DNA from: Peptococcaceae bacterium | GTDB taxonomy: Bacteria; Bacillota; Peptococcia; Peptococcales; BICA1-8 | Reading direction: 5' to 3' | Assembly: GCA_049366715.1 (NCBI GenBank) | Contig: JBMNCQ010000004.1 | Span: forward strand, 100,470-164,469 | DNA length: 64,000 bases | Shown: piece after piece, positions 1-10,363 of the stretch | Layout of the letters: every line of letters starts with the position of its first letter | How positions within the stretch are numbered: the stretch's first letter is position 1 | Notes under the pieces: generated by a model | What the model was told of the DNA's origin: nothing | The model's input: the letters and a program-made list of their open reading frames with translations, nothing else | Database searches by the model: none | Translations under genes and position numbers: made by a program

Positions 1-749
1 GGAAGCAGGACATAAATTGTAGAAGGCAAACTCTCATCTGCACTTGCTGCCGTTTCAATATTAGTCTTTTCAACGGTATGACCTGCTTTTCGATCAAACC
101 ATTTTTGGACAAAATAATGAAGAACAGCGATAGCAATAATTACGGCAATGGAAACAGGTATTTGGTATTTAGCAAAATAAATGGCAACATCCATGCCGGC
201 ATTTTTAGCCGCTAAGTTAGCATTACCCGAAGCGGGACCCAGATCAAGACAGGCAGAAGTCCCTATCATAGCAGTTGCCGCCAGCTTGCTTACACCCAGA
301 CTTACTAAGATAGGATACATAGTTACCATCAGCAGAACACCCAGCCCTGAAGCACTGGGAACAAAAATGTTTAGTATCTGACCCAGAACATAACCTAATG
401 CTAAAACAACATAAGGTGCATGTAATTTCTGTAAAGGCTTGACAGCTAATTTAACCAACACCTTGCTTGCACCGATATGGTCCATATAGCGGGCAAAACC
501 GGCCACCGACATAATGATTAAACCCAGTCCTGCAGCCCGGCTGCTGAAAGTATTTTTGATAAATTCAAAAATATCAAACCAGACAAAACCCGTGGAAGTC
601 TCCTCAGAAAGAATTGTTCCCAGGGACAGCATAATGGTCAGAGCCATTAAGATAATTCCGCCCAACATCAATACTGTTTGCGGTTTATAGTTTTTAAGTA
701 TCAAGTAAGCAACAAAGATCGTAATGATAATTCCTAACAATAAACCCAT
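1..749 (-). CDS. DcuC-family anaerobic C4-dicarboxylate carrier, partial (N-terminal ~249 codons; 3' end beyond window edge)
   Basis: Open - strand frame runs off the left edge, so it is missing from the ORF track. ATG at 749-747 follows AAGGAGG (764-758). My translation MGLLLGIIITIFVAYLILKNYKPQTVLMLGG... is polytopic and resembles the E. coli DcuC N-terminal half. Confidence 0.75.
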   Translation of the reverse strand, partial: MGLLLGIIITIFVAYLILKNYKPQTVLMLGGIILMALTIMLSLGTILSEETSTGFVWFDIFEFIKNTFSSRAAGLGLIIMSVAGFARYMDHIGASKVLVKLAVKPLQKLHAPYVVLALGYVLGQILNIFVPSASGLGVLLMVTMYPILVSLGVSKLAATAMIGTSACLDLGPASGNANLAAKNAGMDVAIYFAKYQIPVSIAVIIAIAVLHYFVQKWFDRKAGHTVEKTNIETAASADESLPSTIYVLL

Positions 750-885
750 TTTTAAACCTCCTTAAATTAAAATGACACCCTGTAACGAATCCTCCTTTCA
801 GCTTTTGTGTATTTTACTACATTTTATATTATTTTTGTAGTACATACAACACAATTTTAAACATTCAATTTTTTCTTTCCATAAC

Positions 886-927
886 AAAAGCGGTTAATAA
901 CCATCCCCGTGATCATTAACCGCTTTT
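886..927. terminator. Symmetric stem-loop, probable terminator of the rpiR-like gene
   Basis: AAAAGCGGTTAAT-N16-ATTAACCGCTTTT. Perfect 10-bp stem flanked by an A-run and a T-run, 49 bp past the - strand stop at 976. Confidence 0.55.
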
Positions 928-975
928 GCTATGCCCTAAGTGCAACAGACAGTATAAAATATTTATGCCTTTTTA

Positions 976-1845
976 TTAAAAACCTTTGTATAAGTCCATA
1001 TCAAATACATCCATCCTCTGCATGTTTTCTTGCAAACTTTTAGATATTCTTTCTTTATCTTTCTCTAAGATACTCATCAGCAAAATGTGACACAATTCCA
1101 AAGTCACTACATGGGAATTAAAAAATGTAAAATCATTTTCGATATAAACAAGAAAAATGATATCACTTTTTATACTGATCGAAGAAGTATTCGTATCTGT
1201 AATGGTAAGCACTTTAGCACCCTTTTCCTTCGCTAAAAGGATAACATTATATGTAGGCTTGGAATACCTGGGGAAACTAAAGGTGATCAGCAAATCATTT
1301 TCCGTTATATCCATTATTTTTTCAAAATTAGCTAACCCGCCCTGGGTAATTTGTATTACCTTAAATCCCATTCTGCGCAAATGAAGCGCGAGAAAATCTA
1401 TGATGGTCCCACTAAGCCTCATGCCCATTAAATAGATCGCCCGGGCTTTATAGATAGCTTCTACCCCTTCGGCGATCTTCCCCATATCAAGGTTTAATAA
1501 AAAATCCTCCAGGTTTTTTAAATCGGTTTTACCAACCTGCGATAATTGATTTAACTCACCGGTAAGACTAGCGGAATTTTGCGGAATTCTATTGTGGGGC
1601 AGATCAATGTTTTTTAAACTTTCTCTTATACTATTCCTGAATTCTGCATATCCCTTAAACCCAATGGCTTGAGCAAAGCGAATGGCTGTAGCATCACTTA
1701 CTCCTACCTGCTCCCCTAGTTCTATGGCAGACATAAAAGCAACCTTCCGATAGTTATCCAGTACATATTTTCCCAGAGTTTTCTGGCTGCCGGTTAATTG
1801 ATCAAAATTTTCTTTTATAAATTGCAGCACATTTTTTTGCTCCAT
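976..1845 (-). CDS. RpiR-family transcriptional regulator (HTH_6 + SIS domain)
   Basis: HTH segment SAIELGEQVGVSDATAIRFAQAIGFKGYAEFR followed by a SIS-like half. Start moved to MEQKNV (ATG 1845), 11 nt after AAGGAGG. The track's 321-aa ORF carries a spurious N-terminal extension. Confidence 0.85.
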   Translation of the reverse strand: MEQKNVLQFIKENFDQLTGSQKTLGKYVLDNYRKVAFMSAIELGEQVGVSDATAIRFAQAIGFKGYAEFRNSIRESLKNIDLPHNRIPQNSASLTGELNQLSQVGKTDLKNLEDFLLNLDMGKIAEGVEAIYKARAIYLMGMRLSGTIIDFLALHLRRMGFKVIQITQGGLANFEKIMDITENDLLITFSFPRYSKPTYNVILLAKEKGAKVLTITDTNTSSISIKSDIIFLVYIENDFTFFNSHVVTLELCHILLMSILEKDKERISKSLQENMQRMDVFDMDLYKGF

Positions 1846-2016
1846 CCCATATTCGCCCTCCTTATAGGTATGGTTGTCTCCCATTATATCACAACCTCTC
1901 TTGAGCCTTAAACCTCTCCCGCAGCCCGAAATTGCTGCCAAAAAATTGCTCCTTGGCCTTATTTCAAGCCAGCGACTAAATGTAGTTCTCCGGCTTATCC
2001 GTTTGTTTGTGTCAGT

Positions 2017-2041
2017 GTGTCAGGGGACGGTTCTTTGACAC
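2017..2041 (+). repeat. Hairpin repeat copy A (class 1): GTGTCA-GGGGACGGTTCT-t-TGACAC
   Basis: 6-bp inverted arms around the invariant 12-nt core. Preceded by a tandem TGTGTCAG duplication (2007-2022). Confidence 0.85.
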
Positions 2042-2374
2042 ATTTGCCGGTGAATCTGGGGATTTAAATTTTACAGTGCGGTTGGGATTGATTGAGAAAT
2101 ATCACATTAATTAGTAATGGGGCTGTTAGTGCAACAGCCCCTTGTAGGTAGATATTATCAGTGAACTATTAATATGGTGAGGGGTAGGGAATGAGAAAAA
2201 ATACATTGGATTTAAATACTATTTAAAAGCTAAAGCGTCGCTCTGGTTTGAAGATTGCTTTTGATACTGTTAGTCATATGATTTTGGTATCATTCCCCAC
2301 TTCGCACATAGCCACAGGTAGTGATGTTTTATGTTTATTTATAAAGCGTTGTACCTGTTTTTCTCCGCTAAAAT

Positions 2375-3064
2375 TCATTCCGCAGGCGGCATTGCAGAAA
2401 CGAAATCTCTAAGACCATTATCAGAATAGAAGACATAACTTTTCACGCCATGCACTCGGCAAATATAGATTACCTCATCGGTCATTTGGACAGGGATAAG
2501 ATAGGAATGACCATTCACACGTGGGAATCTGATCCTTATATTATCAGATTTGATATACCCACCCCCTGCGGCCTCTCGATATTTTTCCTGTTCTCCAACA
2601 CTCAGCGGCTCAAGTTCCATACAAAATTTTACCAGTTTAGGTATATCCGCTTCGCCGACTGATCTCCGAATTCCATTGTAATACACCCCAACCCTCTCCG
2701 GTGATATGGTATAAGCTGTATTTATGATCTGCTGCGATTGAATCCGAAACGCCCCCAACAGCCCTGCGGATATCGTGAAACCGATTAGTAGCGCGAGAAC
2801 GGGCGCTTGCCATTTCTTTGTTTTCCATAGCAGAACTGCGGCAACAATCGGCGCGACAACTAATGCTGTTAAAATCGCTGTACCATAGCCTTCGGGCGCG
2901 TTGAAATAAGTCAGCTTATCCGGGGAAAAGAGAAACACCATCTTTTCATCGATGTACACAGCCTTTATGTTGATGAAGCAATATACAATAAGAGTCAGAA
3001 AAAGGAAGGCAATCGCCCAATCGCGCCTCCGGGTAATTTTTAGTTTCTTGATTTTCTCAATCAT
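2375..3064 (-). CDS. Hypothetical membrane protein, last gene of the ECF sigma operon
   Basis: 229-aa ORF overlaps the anti-sigma gene by 8 nt. It has hydrophobic segments and I recognise no family. Confidence 0.5.
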   Translation of the reverse strand: MIEKIKKLKITRRRDWAIAFLFLTLIVYCFINIKAVYIDEKMVFLFSPDKLTYFNAPEGYGTAILTALVVAPIVAAVLLWKTKKWQAPVLALLIGFTISAGLLGAFRIQSQQIINTAYTISPERVGVYYNGIRRSVGEADIPKLVKFCMELEPLSVGEQEKYREAAGGGYIKSDNIRIRFPRVNGHSYLIPVQMTDEVIYICRVHGVKSYVFYSDNGLRDFVSAMPPAE

Positions 3065-4019
3065 TGGTCATTCTCCCTTTCTTCATCACATTACTGTAAT
3101 TCCGGCCGGCAATTGATTGGGCAAATTCGGGTGAAATACGATACAGCGTTCCCCGACTTGTTAGCAAATATTGCTTCTCGCAGTTAATAAGAACAAGCAT
3201 GGTCTCCTTTTGATGTCTCCACGTAAATATGACCGGTATTTCCTCGTTGTGGTCACGCATTATGCTGTCATCCTGTACCAAGCCTGAATAGAAAATATTG
3301 TATATATCAGCATCTTTTCCTGGGGTCCAAACTATCGATGCCCCTTCCTTTTCAGGCGGTATCCAAATCTCCTCCACATTTTTCAGCGTTTCCATCTGCT
3401 TGATTTGATAGGCGTTAAAACCAAAGGATAAACCAACCGACAGCACGATCAATACAGCCCAGCAGGCAAGAAATTTCATAAGTCGCTGTAGCGTGAATAT
3501 TCGTTTGTCGCCGGTACAGTAGGCTAACGCTCCATAAATGGCTCCACCGAACAGGACTGCAACAACCCGCTCAGCGATCAGAGTTGCAAAGACCGACTCC
3601 GGGAAAAAATCCGTCTTTAGAAAACTCAGCCCCCCATACCGGATTTCTATATCCGAGTGATGATGCAGCAGGGTATGAATCCAGAAACTGAGTTTATAAG
3701 GGACTGCGATCACAGCCTTTAGCGGCCAGAACCCCATCGTCCTGTAGCTATAGCTGAACCATCCCAAAACCAAGCCAACAATTGTAAAGATAACGATCCT
3801 GCTGATGCCCTTGTCAAATTTTACGACTTGCTGTTTCAGCGTGTCAGGATTCCCTTGATATACGGTTTGCGGTAATTTCATTTTTTGTTCTGCGTCCAGA
3901 TATTCGTCGACCATAGCAGAACATTGCGGGCACCCAGCAAGGTGTGCTTCCAGTTCAGGATCATCGGAACCTTGTGAGTTCAGATAGGATAAGACTCTAT
4001 CATGATATTCGCAGTTCAT
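3057..4019 (-). CDS. Anti-sigma factor (zf-HC2 N-terminus, membrane-spanning)
   Basis: N-terminal HLAGCPQCSAMVDEY zinc-finger motif followed by several TM segments. It abuts the ECF sigma gene directly (4019/4020). Confidence 0.7.
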   Translation of the reverse strand: MNCEYHDRVLSYLNSQGSDDPELEAHLAGCPQCSAMVDEYLDAEQKMKLPQTVYQGNPDTLKQQVVKFDKGISRIVIFTIVGLVLGWFSYSYRTMGFWPLKAVIAVPYKLSFWIHTLLHHHSDIEIRYGGLSFLKTDFFPESVFATLIAERVVAVLFGGAIYGALAYCTGDKRIFTLQRLMKFLACWAVLIVLSVGLSFGFNAYQIKQMETLKNVEEIWIPPEKEGASIVWTPGKDADIYNIFYSGLVQDDSIMRDHNEEIPVIFTWRHQKETMLVLINCEKQYLLTSRGTLYRISPEFAQSIAGRNYSNVMKKGRMTND

Positions 4020-4535
4020 TCAATCACCCCTTGATTCTCCAGACCACTGCTGATACAGTGCCTGATATCGTTTCCTCGCACGAAAGATCCGCAATTTGAC
4101 AGCCGACTCCGACAGCCCCATGATCCGCCCGATTTCCTGATAGGACAATTCCTCATAGTCGCGCAAAAGCAAGACAGACCGGTCGTCCTCCCGTAACGCA
4201 AGCAAAACGTTTCTTATCATTTGTTCATGTTCGCGCAGCAGGATGTTTTCTTCCGGGTCAATACACAGCGCGGGCAACAGATTTGCCCACTCCTGTTCTT
4301 TCAGTAGGATGGGTTTTTTCTTTCTTGCATAGGAGAGAAACGTATTACGAGCAATTTTCAATACCCAAGTTTTTTCACTGCAATCTCCACGAAAGTGGAA
4401 TAAATTCAGGTATATCTTAAGAAAAGTATCCTGGCTCAAATCCTCAGCCGTTTTGCCATCTTTTGTCATGTAAAGCAAATATGCATAAACGACATCTTTC
4501 TGCCGTTCGTAGATATGGTTAAATCGCGCTTTCAC
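4020..4535 (-). CDS. ECF-type RNA polymerase sigma-70 factor
   Basis: Region 2 (DLSQDTFLKIYLNLFHF) and region 4 HTH (LSYQEIGRIMGLSESAVKLRIFRARKRY). Confidence 0.9.
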   Translation of the reverse strand: MKARFNHIYERQKDVVYAYLLYMTKDGKTAEDLSQDTFLKIYLNLFHFRGDCSEKTWVLKIARNTFLSYARKKKPILLKEQEWANLLPALCIDPEENILLREHEQMIRNVLLALREDDRSVLLLRDYEELSYQEIGRIMGLSESAVKLRIFRARKRYQALYQQWSGESRGD

Positions 4536-4696
4536 ACGCTCTCTCCTTCCTTTCCGAGATAAATGATCCTTTTGTAGATATAGACGCGCGCTTTACCCAA
4601 AAGTTACTCTGTTATCATAAATAACTCCAATACAGCATTCTGAAATAAGTTTTCCGCTAGGGATTCTGCAATTCTATTTCGTTCATTTTGAAAAGT

Positions 4697-4721
4697 GTGT
4701 CACAGAACCGTCCCTTGACAC
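4697..4721 (-). repeat. Hairpin repeat copy B (class 1, inverted): GTGTCA-cAGAACCGTCCCt-TGACAC
   Basis: Reverse complement reads GTGTCA-AGGGACGGTTCT-g-TGACAC, with one G>A change in the core. Inverted partner of copy A across the sigma operon. Confidence 0.85.
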
Positions 4722-4802
4722 AATGTAGACACTCTATCTTCAAAGTGAAGAACAAATTGAGATATGCAGCCGGACCAACTTTTAACTCCACACTTTTAGA
4801 CC

Positions 4803-4927
4803 TTAGATTCCTTCCCACGGGAAATCAAACGTATTATTTTCCACGATCCACCTACGTATCGTTGTTGAAGTAACCCCAATACCCCGGCAATCTCTTCTGC
4901 TTTTTACCAAATTTTGCGACTAGCCAT
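4803..4927 (-). pseudogene. Decayed small HTH (excisionase/HTH_17-like) gene remnant
   Basis: My - strand translation gives MASRKIW*KAEEIAGVLG, then after a frameshift VTSTTIRRWIVENNTFDFPWEGI*. It is a classic short HTH interrupted by a stop and a frameshift, about 80 bp from hairpin B. Confidence 0.35.
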
Positions 4928-5393
4928 ATTATTTCTCTTTTATATTCAGGATAAAAACTTTTTGGTTTTGTTTTTCGGTACTGACAATTCCTCTCGCATT
5001 TTTACTATAGATAATTCTATGTAGCTAGCAAAAAAGAAATTTTAAAAAGTTATCTTCTAACCGCTACATCGGCACTGGTATGTTTGCAAGTCAGATTATC
5101 TGCGGCGAGAGGACTTTCAAAAAAGTGATTTGTGACGGTGTTAAAAGTTACTCGCCGAACATAGCTGAAATGTTCACAAAAAAAGCTTGTGGTTTTAACA
5201 TAAAAGTTTTGTTTGAATGCCATAAATAAAAATTATACTATAAAGATGCAAACGATTACAGTAATTTCCGTAAGCAGCATCATATTAAAAGCGAATTAAG
5301 AAAGAAAACGAATGGCATAAGTGAACACCTTTAACCATAAAATTTTCGGACTTTTCGAAAGACTACAATTATTTTAAGAGGAGGCGAAGATAT

Positions 5394-6824
5394 ATGTCTT
5401 ATCCAAATGTTTATCCAACAGGTGTTACGATTTATAACCCTGAAAAGTGCTGGAATGGTTATACAATTCTACCTGCTAAAGAGCTTGGGGCACTACTCAT
5501 TAATATGAATGGAGCGGAAGTGAATCTTTGGGAAGGGCTACATGGATTTCCTAACAAAATGTTGCCAGGAGGATATGTTCTGGGGCATACAGGTGAACGA
5601 CCTAGTAGATTTGGACTCCAAGATCAAAAGGATCTTGTTCAAGTTGACTGGGATGGAAATATCGTTTGGAAATTTAATAAATATGAATATGTAGAAGACC
5701 CTGGTGAAGAGCCGCAATGGATGGCTAGGCAACACCATGATTATCAAAGGGAAGGGAATCCTGTTGGGTATTATGTGCCAGGTATGGATCCCTTCATAGA
5801 TAAAGGAAATACATTACTCCTGGTACACAAAAATCATGTAGTTCCCCAGCTATCCCCCTATGAACTCTCAGATGACGCCATTATTGAAGTTACTTGGGAT
5901 GGTGATATTATATGGGAGTGGGTCTGTTGTGACCACTTTGAAGAACTAGGGTTCAGTGAAGCTGCAAAAAACATATTGCATAGAGATCCGAATCTTAGGG
6001 GAACAGGCAAAGGAGACTGGATGCATATCAACTCAATGTCGGTGCTTGGTCCTAATAAGTGGTATGATGCCGGTGATGAGCGCTTTCATCCCGATAATGT
6101 TATATGGGATGCACGGGAAACAAATATATTGGCTATCATTGATAAGAAGACAGGGAAAATTGTATGGAAAGTTGGACCAGATTATGATAAAGGTGACGAA
6201 GCTAAACTAGGTTGGATTATTGGTCAACACCATTGTCATATGATTCCTCGCGGATTACCGGGTGAAGGAAATATTTTAGTGTTTGATAATGGTGGTTATG
6301 CCGGCTACGGAGCACCTCATGCAAGTTCAAAGACTGGTAGAAAAATTGCTTTAAGAGACTATACTCGTGTTTTAGAGTTTGATCCGGTTACCTTAGATAT
6401 TATTTGGCAATACACACCTGCAGAAGCAGGATTGCTTATGCCCTATGATGCACATCGCTTTTATAGTCCATTTATTAGTAGTGCTCAAAGGCTTCCTAAT
6501 GGAAATACATTGATTACCGAGGGATCCGGCGGAAGAATTATGGAAGTCACTCAAGATCATGAAGTAGTTTGGGAGTATATTAGCCCTTATTGGGGAAATA
6601 AAATGAAAATCAATATGGTATATCGAGCATACAGATTACCGTACGCTTGGGTTCCACAAGTTGAGAAACCTGTAGAAACTCAGATTGAGCGAATTGATGT
6701 AAAAACATTTCGCGTTTCAGGTGCGGAGTCGGTACGACTAAAACAAACTAAGGTTGATGGGGTTACGCCGTTTGATATCGGTGCCGGTTTATGTATCGGA
6801 ACTTTTGAAGAACTAAAGAAGTAG
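5394..6824 (+). CDS. Arylsulfotransferase (ASST)-family protein, no signal peptide
   Basis: 476 aa with strong RBS GAGGAGG. Beta-propeller-like repeats with His-rich motifs (ARQHHDYQ, IGQHHCHMIP) typical of ASST-like proteins. The N-terminus MSYPNVYPTG has no leader. Confidence 0.6.
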   Translation: MSYPNVYPTGVTIYNPEKCWNGYTILPAKELGALLINMNGAEVNLWEGLHGFPNKMLPGGYVLGHTGERPSRFGLQDQKDLVQVDWDGNIVWKFNKYEYVEDPGEEPQWMARQHHDYQREGNPVGYYVPGMDPFIDKGNTLLLVHKNHVVPQLSPYELSDDAIIEVTWDGDIIWEWVCCDHFEELGFSEAAKNILHRDPNLRGTGKGDWMHINSMSVLGPNKWYDAGDERFHPDNVIWDARETNILAIIDKKTGKIVWKVGPDYDKGDEAKLGWIIGQHHCHMIPRGLPGEGNILVFDNGGYAGYGAPHASSKTGRKIALRDYTRVLEFDPVTLDIIWQYTPAEAGLLMPYDAHRFYSPFISSAQRLPNGNTLITEGSGGRIMEVTQDHEVVWEYISPYWGNKMKINMVYRAYRLPYAWVPQVEKPVETQIERIDVKTFRVSGAESVRLKQTKVDGVTPFDIGAGLCIGTFEELKK

Positions 6825-6888
6825 TATATATTTATCAGGGGATAGGGATGTATTCCTACCCCTGATACCTCGAAAAGGAGTGTTAATT

Positions 6889-8298
6889 ATGAGTGAAAAG
6901 ATATTACTTCAAGAACAACCTGCCCAAAAGCTAGACGTTAAATTAATCTTAAAGTGGGCAACTCCGATTATTCTAGCTTTATTAGTTTATGGCCTAACTG
7001 CACCGTTAGGAGAAAGTGTTCGTTTATTTTCAACACTAACAATTTGGGCAGTTTTTTCTTGGGTTTTTGAAATTCTGCCGGAATCTTTAATTGCAATCAT
7101 GCTTGTAACTTTTTACATTTTAGCGGGAGTAGCAAAACCTGCTCAAGTATTTGCTCCTTGGCTTTCAAATATTCCTTGGATTGTATTTGGTGGGCTAATT
7201 TTAAGTATGGCTATGGGAAAAAGTGGTCTAGCCAAAAGAATTGCTTATAAGATTATAGCAGTTATAGGCACATCGTTTATAGGGATTCTTATAGGGTTAG
7301 GAATTATTGGGTTAGTATTAACTCCATTAATATCATCGCCGTCAGCGAAAGTCCTATTACTGGCACCAATTATTATTGGAATATTTCAGGCGTTAGATAT
7401 AAAACCTGGCTCAAAGGCAGGTACGGCACTTATGCTGGGTATTTTCTACGCAGTCTGGTCTCCTAGCTTTCTTTTCATTACTTCTAGTGAAGGTGCACTT
7501 GCTGTTCAAGCTGTACAAAAAGTTACCGGTGAGTCACTTACTTTCACCGGATACATGACTCATATGTCTCTAATTGCAGTATTGTGGACTTTCGTTTCCC
7601 TTGTCACCTTATTATTAATTAAACCAGGAAAATTGCATGTAAATAGGGATACTTTAGATAAAAACCTTAAAGAACTGGGAAGAATAACCAGAGAAGAGAA
7701 AAGCTGTGCATTGCTTTTTATTATAATGCTAATTTTATTCCTTACCGATAAATGGCATAAAACTAACCCTGCGTGGATTATTGTGTTAATTAGTTCACTT
7801 ATGTTTTTCCCTGGAATAAATGTTTTAAAAAAAGAAGATTTATCTAAGGTAAATTTTTTGATTCTCTTTTTTGTTACAGGCGCAATGGGAATTGGTGAAG
7901 CTGCCAACGCATGTGGAGCTACAAAAATTTTCACTGAAGCAGTTATCCCGTTTTTGCAAGATCAATCTGCATCCGCTGTAATCTTAGCAACCTGGCTTAT
8001 AGCGCTTATTGCCAATTTCTTACTAACGCCTGTTGCCATTATGGGAGCACTTTTTGTTCCAATTGTTGAGATTTTTAATACACTCGGTTTAAATCCCTAT
8101 ATAGGTCCGTATTCGTTAATACTAGGCTTTAGCCACCTGCTATTTCCGTATGAAATGGCACCTGCATTAGTAGTTTATTCCTTTGGGTATATTAAGTTAA
8201 ATGATATGATTAAACTGGGTTTTATAAGAATGATTGTAGGAGTTATTTTTATGCTACTTATAGTAATACCTTATTGGAAAATGATTAACCTAATGTAA
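6889..8298 (+). CDS. DASS/SLC13-type anion permease
   Basis: Polytopic protein of about 469 aa. Start set to the ATG at 6889, 8 nt after AAGGAG. Overall pattern matches divalent-anion:Na+ symporter / ArsB-NhaD superfamily permeases. Confidence 0.65.
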   Translation: MSEKILLQEQPAQKLDVKLILKWATPIILALLVYGLTAPLGESVRLFSTLTIWAVFSWVFEILPESLIAIMLVTFYILAGVAKPAQVFAPWLSNIPWIVFGGLILSMAMGKSGLAKRIAYKIIAVIGTSFIGILIGLGIIGLVLTPLISSPSAKVLLLAPIIIGIFQALDIKPGSKAGTALMLGIFYAVWSPSFLFITSSEGALAVQAVQKVTGESLTFTGYMTHMSLIAVLWTFVSLVTLLLIKPGKLHVNRDTLDKNLKELGRITREEKSCALLFIIMLILFLTDKWHKTNPAWIIVLISSLMFFPGINVLKKEDLSKVNFLILFFVTGAMGIGEAANACGATKIFTEAVIPFLQDQSASAVILATWLIALIANFLLTPVAIMGALFVPIVEIFNTLGLNPYIGPYSLILGFSHLLFPYEMAPALVVYSFGYIKLNDMIKLGFIRMIVGVIFMLLIVIPYWKMINLM

Positions 8299-8319
8299 TG
8301 AAAAAATAGATTGGAGATT

Positions 8320-8365
8320 TATATAAACCGGGGTTGATTTAGCCCCGGTTTATATAATGTTTTTG
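8320..8365. terminator. Bidirectional rho-independent terminator between convergent genes
   Basis: TATATAAACCGGGG-ttgatttag-CCCCGGTTTATATA followed by a T-run. Lies between the + strand stop at 8298 and the - strand stop at 8366. Confidence 0.75.
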
Positions 8366-9304
8366 CTAAAATGAATATTCTTTCAAAGAAATTGTTTTGA
8401 GGGTTTTGACAAATTTCTTTGCGGTAGGTGATAGTAAAGTATCTTTAAAAGTTATATATACTATCAGAAGTTCAAAATCAATCTTGGTTTTAATTGGTAT
8501 ATTTACAAAGAGACCTTTTTTTTCGTAACTCTTAGATAGACCATGTGAAATACCTATAGCTAGTCCACTACCAATAATTTCTTGATAAAAATCAAAATCC
8601 CAATTTGCAGTTTTAATTTTAATATTAGGTTCGCCAACACTTTCGAACATTTTGTGGATTGTTTTGATATGCTGTTGAGCATTAAAAACAACAATGGGGT
8701 ATTTTATCAACTCGTTAGGGGTAACAAATTTTCTTTTTGCTAGAGGTGAATTAGGTGCTATACTAGCAAACACTTCACATTTACAGAGTATATCGAAATT
8801 TAAATCTTTTTTATCATTTTCGTCCAGATCATCAAAGGCGTATTTTCTTATGCACAAGAGGCCAATTGTATTATTTTTGTTTTTAAATTCTTTAATTAAT
8901 TCATATGCAGGTAATTCAATGACATTTAAAGCCACTTGAGGATTTCTTTTGTAAAAGGCTAATACTGTTTTTTGCAAAATAGTTTTACTCAACAAATGGG
9001 TTGTGAGAATGCTTAATTCTTTGGCCGTACCAGCTTCTGAGCTTAGGTCGGGTGAAAATAATTCTAACATCTCATCGTATTTTTTTAAAATTTCCTTAGC
9101 GATTTCTATGGCTAGTTTTCCTTCATGTGTAAGAATAAGATTGTTAGATTTACGCTCAAATATAATACCGCCAAGTTCATTTTCGAGGCTTTTAATGGTA
9201 TAACTTAAGCCTTGTTGTGACATGTGCAAAATTTCGGCAGTATGTGAGATTGAACCTATTTTAGCTATATGAACCATTGCCCTTAGCTGATCTATACGCA
9301 TCAT
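8366..9304 (-). CDS. LysR-family transcriptional regulator
   Basis: N-terminal HTH MRIDQLRAMVHIAKIGSISHTAEILHMSQQGLSYTIKSLE plus a LysR substrate-binding half. Confidence 0.9.
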   Translation of the reverse strand: MMRIDQLRAMVHIAKIGSISHTAEILHMSQQGLSYTIKSLENELGGIIFERKSNNLILTHEGKLAIEIAKEILKKYDEMLELFSPDLSSEAGTAKELSILTTHLLSKTILQKTVLAFYKRNPQVALNVIELPAYELIKEFKNKNNTIGLLCIRKYAFDDLDENDKKDLNFDILCKCEVFASIAPNSPLAKRKFVTPNELIKYPIVVFNAQQHIKTIHKMFESVGEPNIKIKTANWDFDFYQEIIGSGLAIGISHGLSKSYEKKGLFVNIPIKTKIDFELLIVYITFKDTLLSPTAKKFVKTLKTISLKEYSF

Positions 9305-9429
9305 TTTAACCCCCTTCTGTTGAAAACTTATTTTGCTTGAAATATTTGGAAAGTTTTGTATAATAATATTTTATCATAATTATGTGATTGCGCAAAGTTT
9401 GTATCAAGTAGTTGTGGGCAAATTTTTCA

Positions 9430-10080
9430 TCTTCCTTGTAGCCAGCTTTTTACTATGGATCGCATTTATTCCACGCTCCTCTTGACAACGAGCCTCTCAC
9501 GGCATATTTTAGGCATCAGAGGCATAAACGCTGCTTTATCGGTAGGTCATTTCTCTAAAATTTTGCAGGTTAAACATGCTGCGTATGACTCTCCGTCCAT
9601 TTATCATCTTGCTGTTTGAAAATGGCATCTCTCCTCGGTGTAAAGATATATTGATTTTTTTACTGTTTTCTTTAGCACGTCTCAACTTCTATAATCCAAG
9701 CCTTCTGGCGGTGTTGGAATTTTCAAGTCTTCTCTATCCTGGTAAATCACTATGCCGTATTTGTTATTCTATATGTATTTCTCCAATACCGTAAGCTTCT
9801 CTACCTCACTCGCTAGACCACCACATTTATACTTTAATTCATCTATTTTTTTCAAAACTTTTTCAAATTCCCCAACCCTGAACCATCGTATTATATGTCT
9901 TCTGGCCTTTTTATCAGATACATTCCTACCTTTGGATTTATAAACTCTGCGACCGCTTCCGCTACTTCTCTGTACGACATCTCATAACTGTGTTCCAATA
10001 TTTTTTCCACTTACAGATACTTCTCCCATCAATGTCTTTATAACTGTTCTTCTGGTTCCTTTATGCCTTATGTCGAGGTG
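9430..10080 (-). pseudogene. Stop-riddled single-frame gene remnant of unknown family
   Basis: My - strand translation keeps one frame for about 650 nt (..RRHIIRWFRVGEFEKVLKKIDELKYKCGGLASEVEKL..GIVIYQDREDLKIPTPPEG..) but has about 6 in-frame stops. It ends next to hairpin C. Confidence 0.3.
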
Positions 10081-10103
10081 CAATGTGTCATGTGTCAGGG
10101 GAT

Positions 10104-10128
10104 GTGTCAGGGGACGGTTCTTTGACAC
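10104..10128 (+). repeat. Hairpin repeat copy C (class 1), identical to copy A
   Basis: GTGTCAGGGGACGGTTCTTTGACAC. Preceded by tandem partial duplications ATGTGTCA / TGTGTCAGGGG / ATGTGTCAGGGG (10084-10113). Confidence 0.85.
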
Positions 10129-10338
10129 ACCCTTCTTTGCACACTTTCCGATTTAAATCCAATAAAGCAGCAATCTTCCGGATTGACAACTGGATTTGGC
10201 TTTTAAGATCACCAGTATCTCTTATAAATAATGTTTATTGTCTTTACTTTTCCATTTACTCATTGATAATCTCTTTGCTTTTAAGTACTCTTCTAAAATA
10301 CCCGGCCTCCTCCGAAGATAATCGTGTCCCGTCGGGTT

Positions 10339-10363
10339 GTGTCACAGAACCGTCCCCTGACAC
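10339..10363 (-). repeat. Hairpin repeat copy D (class 1, inverted)
   Basis: Reverse complement is GTGTCA-GGGGACGGTTCT-g-TGACAC. It forms an inverted doublet with copy C, 210 bp apart. Confidence 0.85.

Noticed and set aside
976-1941. Full 321-aa version of the RpiR ORF. The same issue applies to the long N-terminal versions of the ORFs ending at 23396, 30860, 31816, 37011, 51060, 59369 and 60606.
   Set aside because: Internal starts with properly spaced Shine-Dalgarno sequences give N-termini that match family norms. The upstream extensions overlap neighbouring genes or include the RBS itself.
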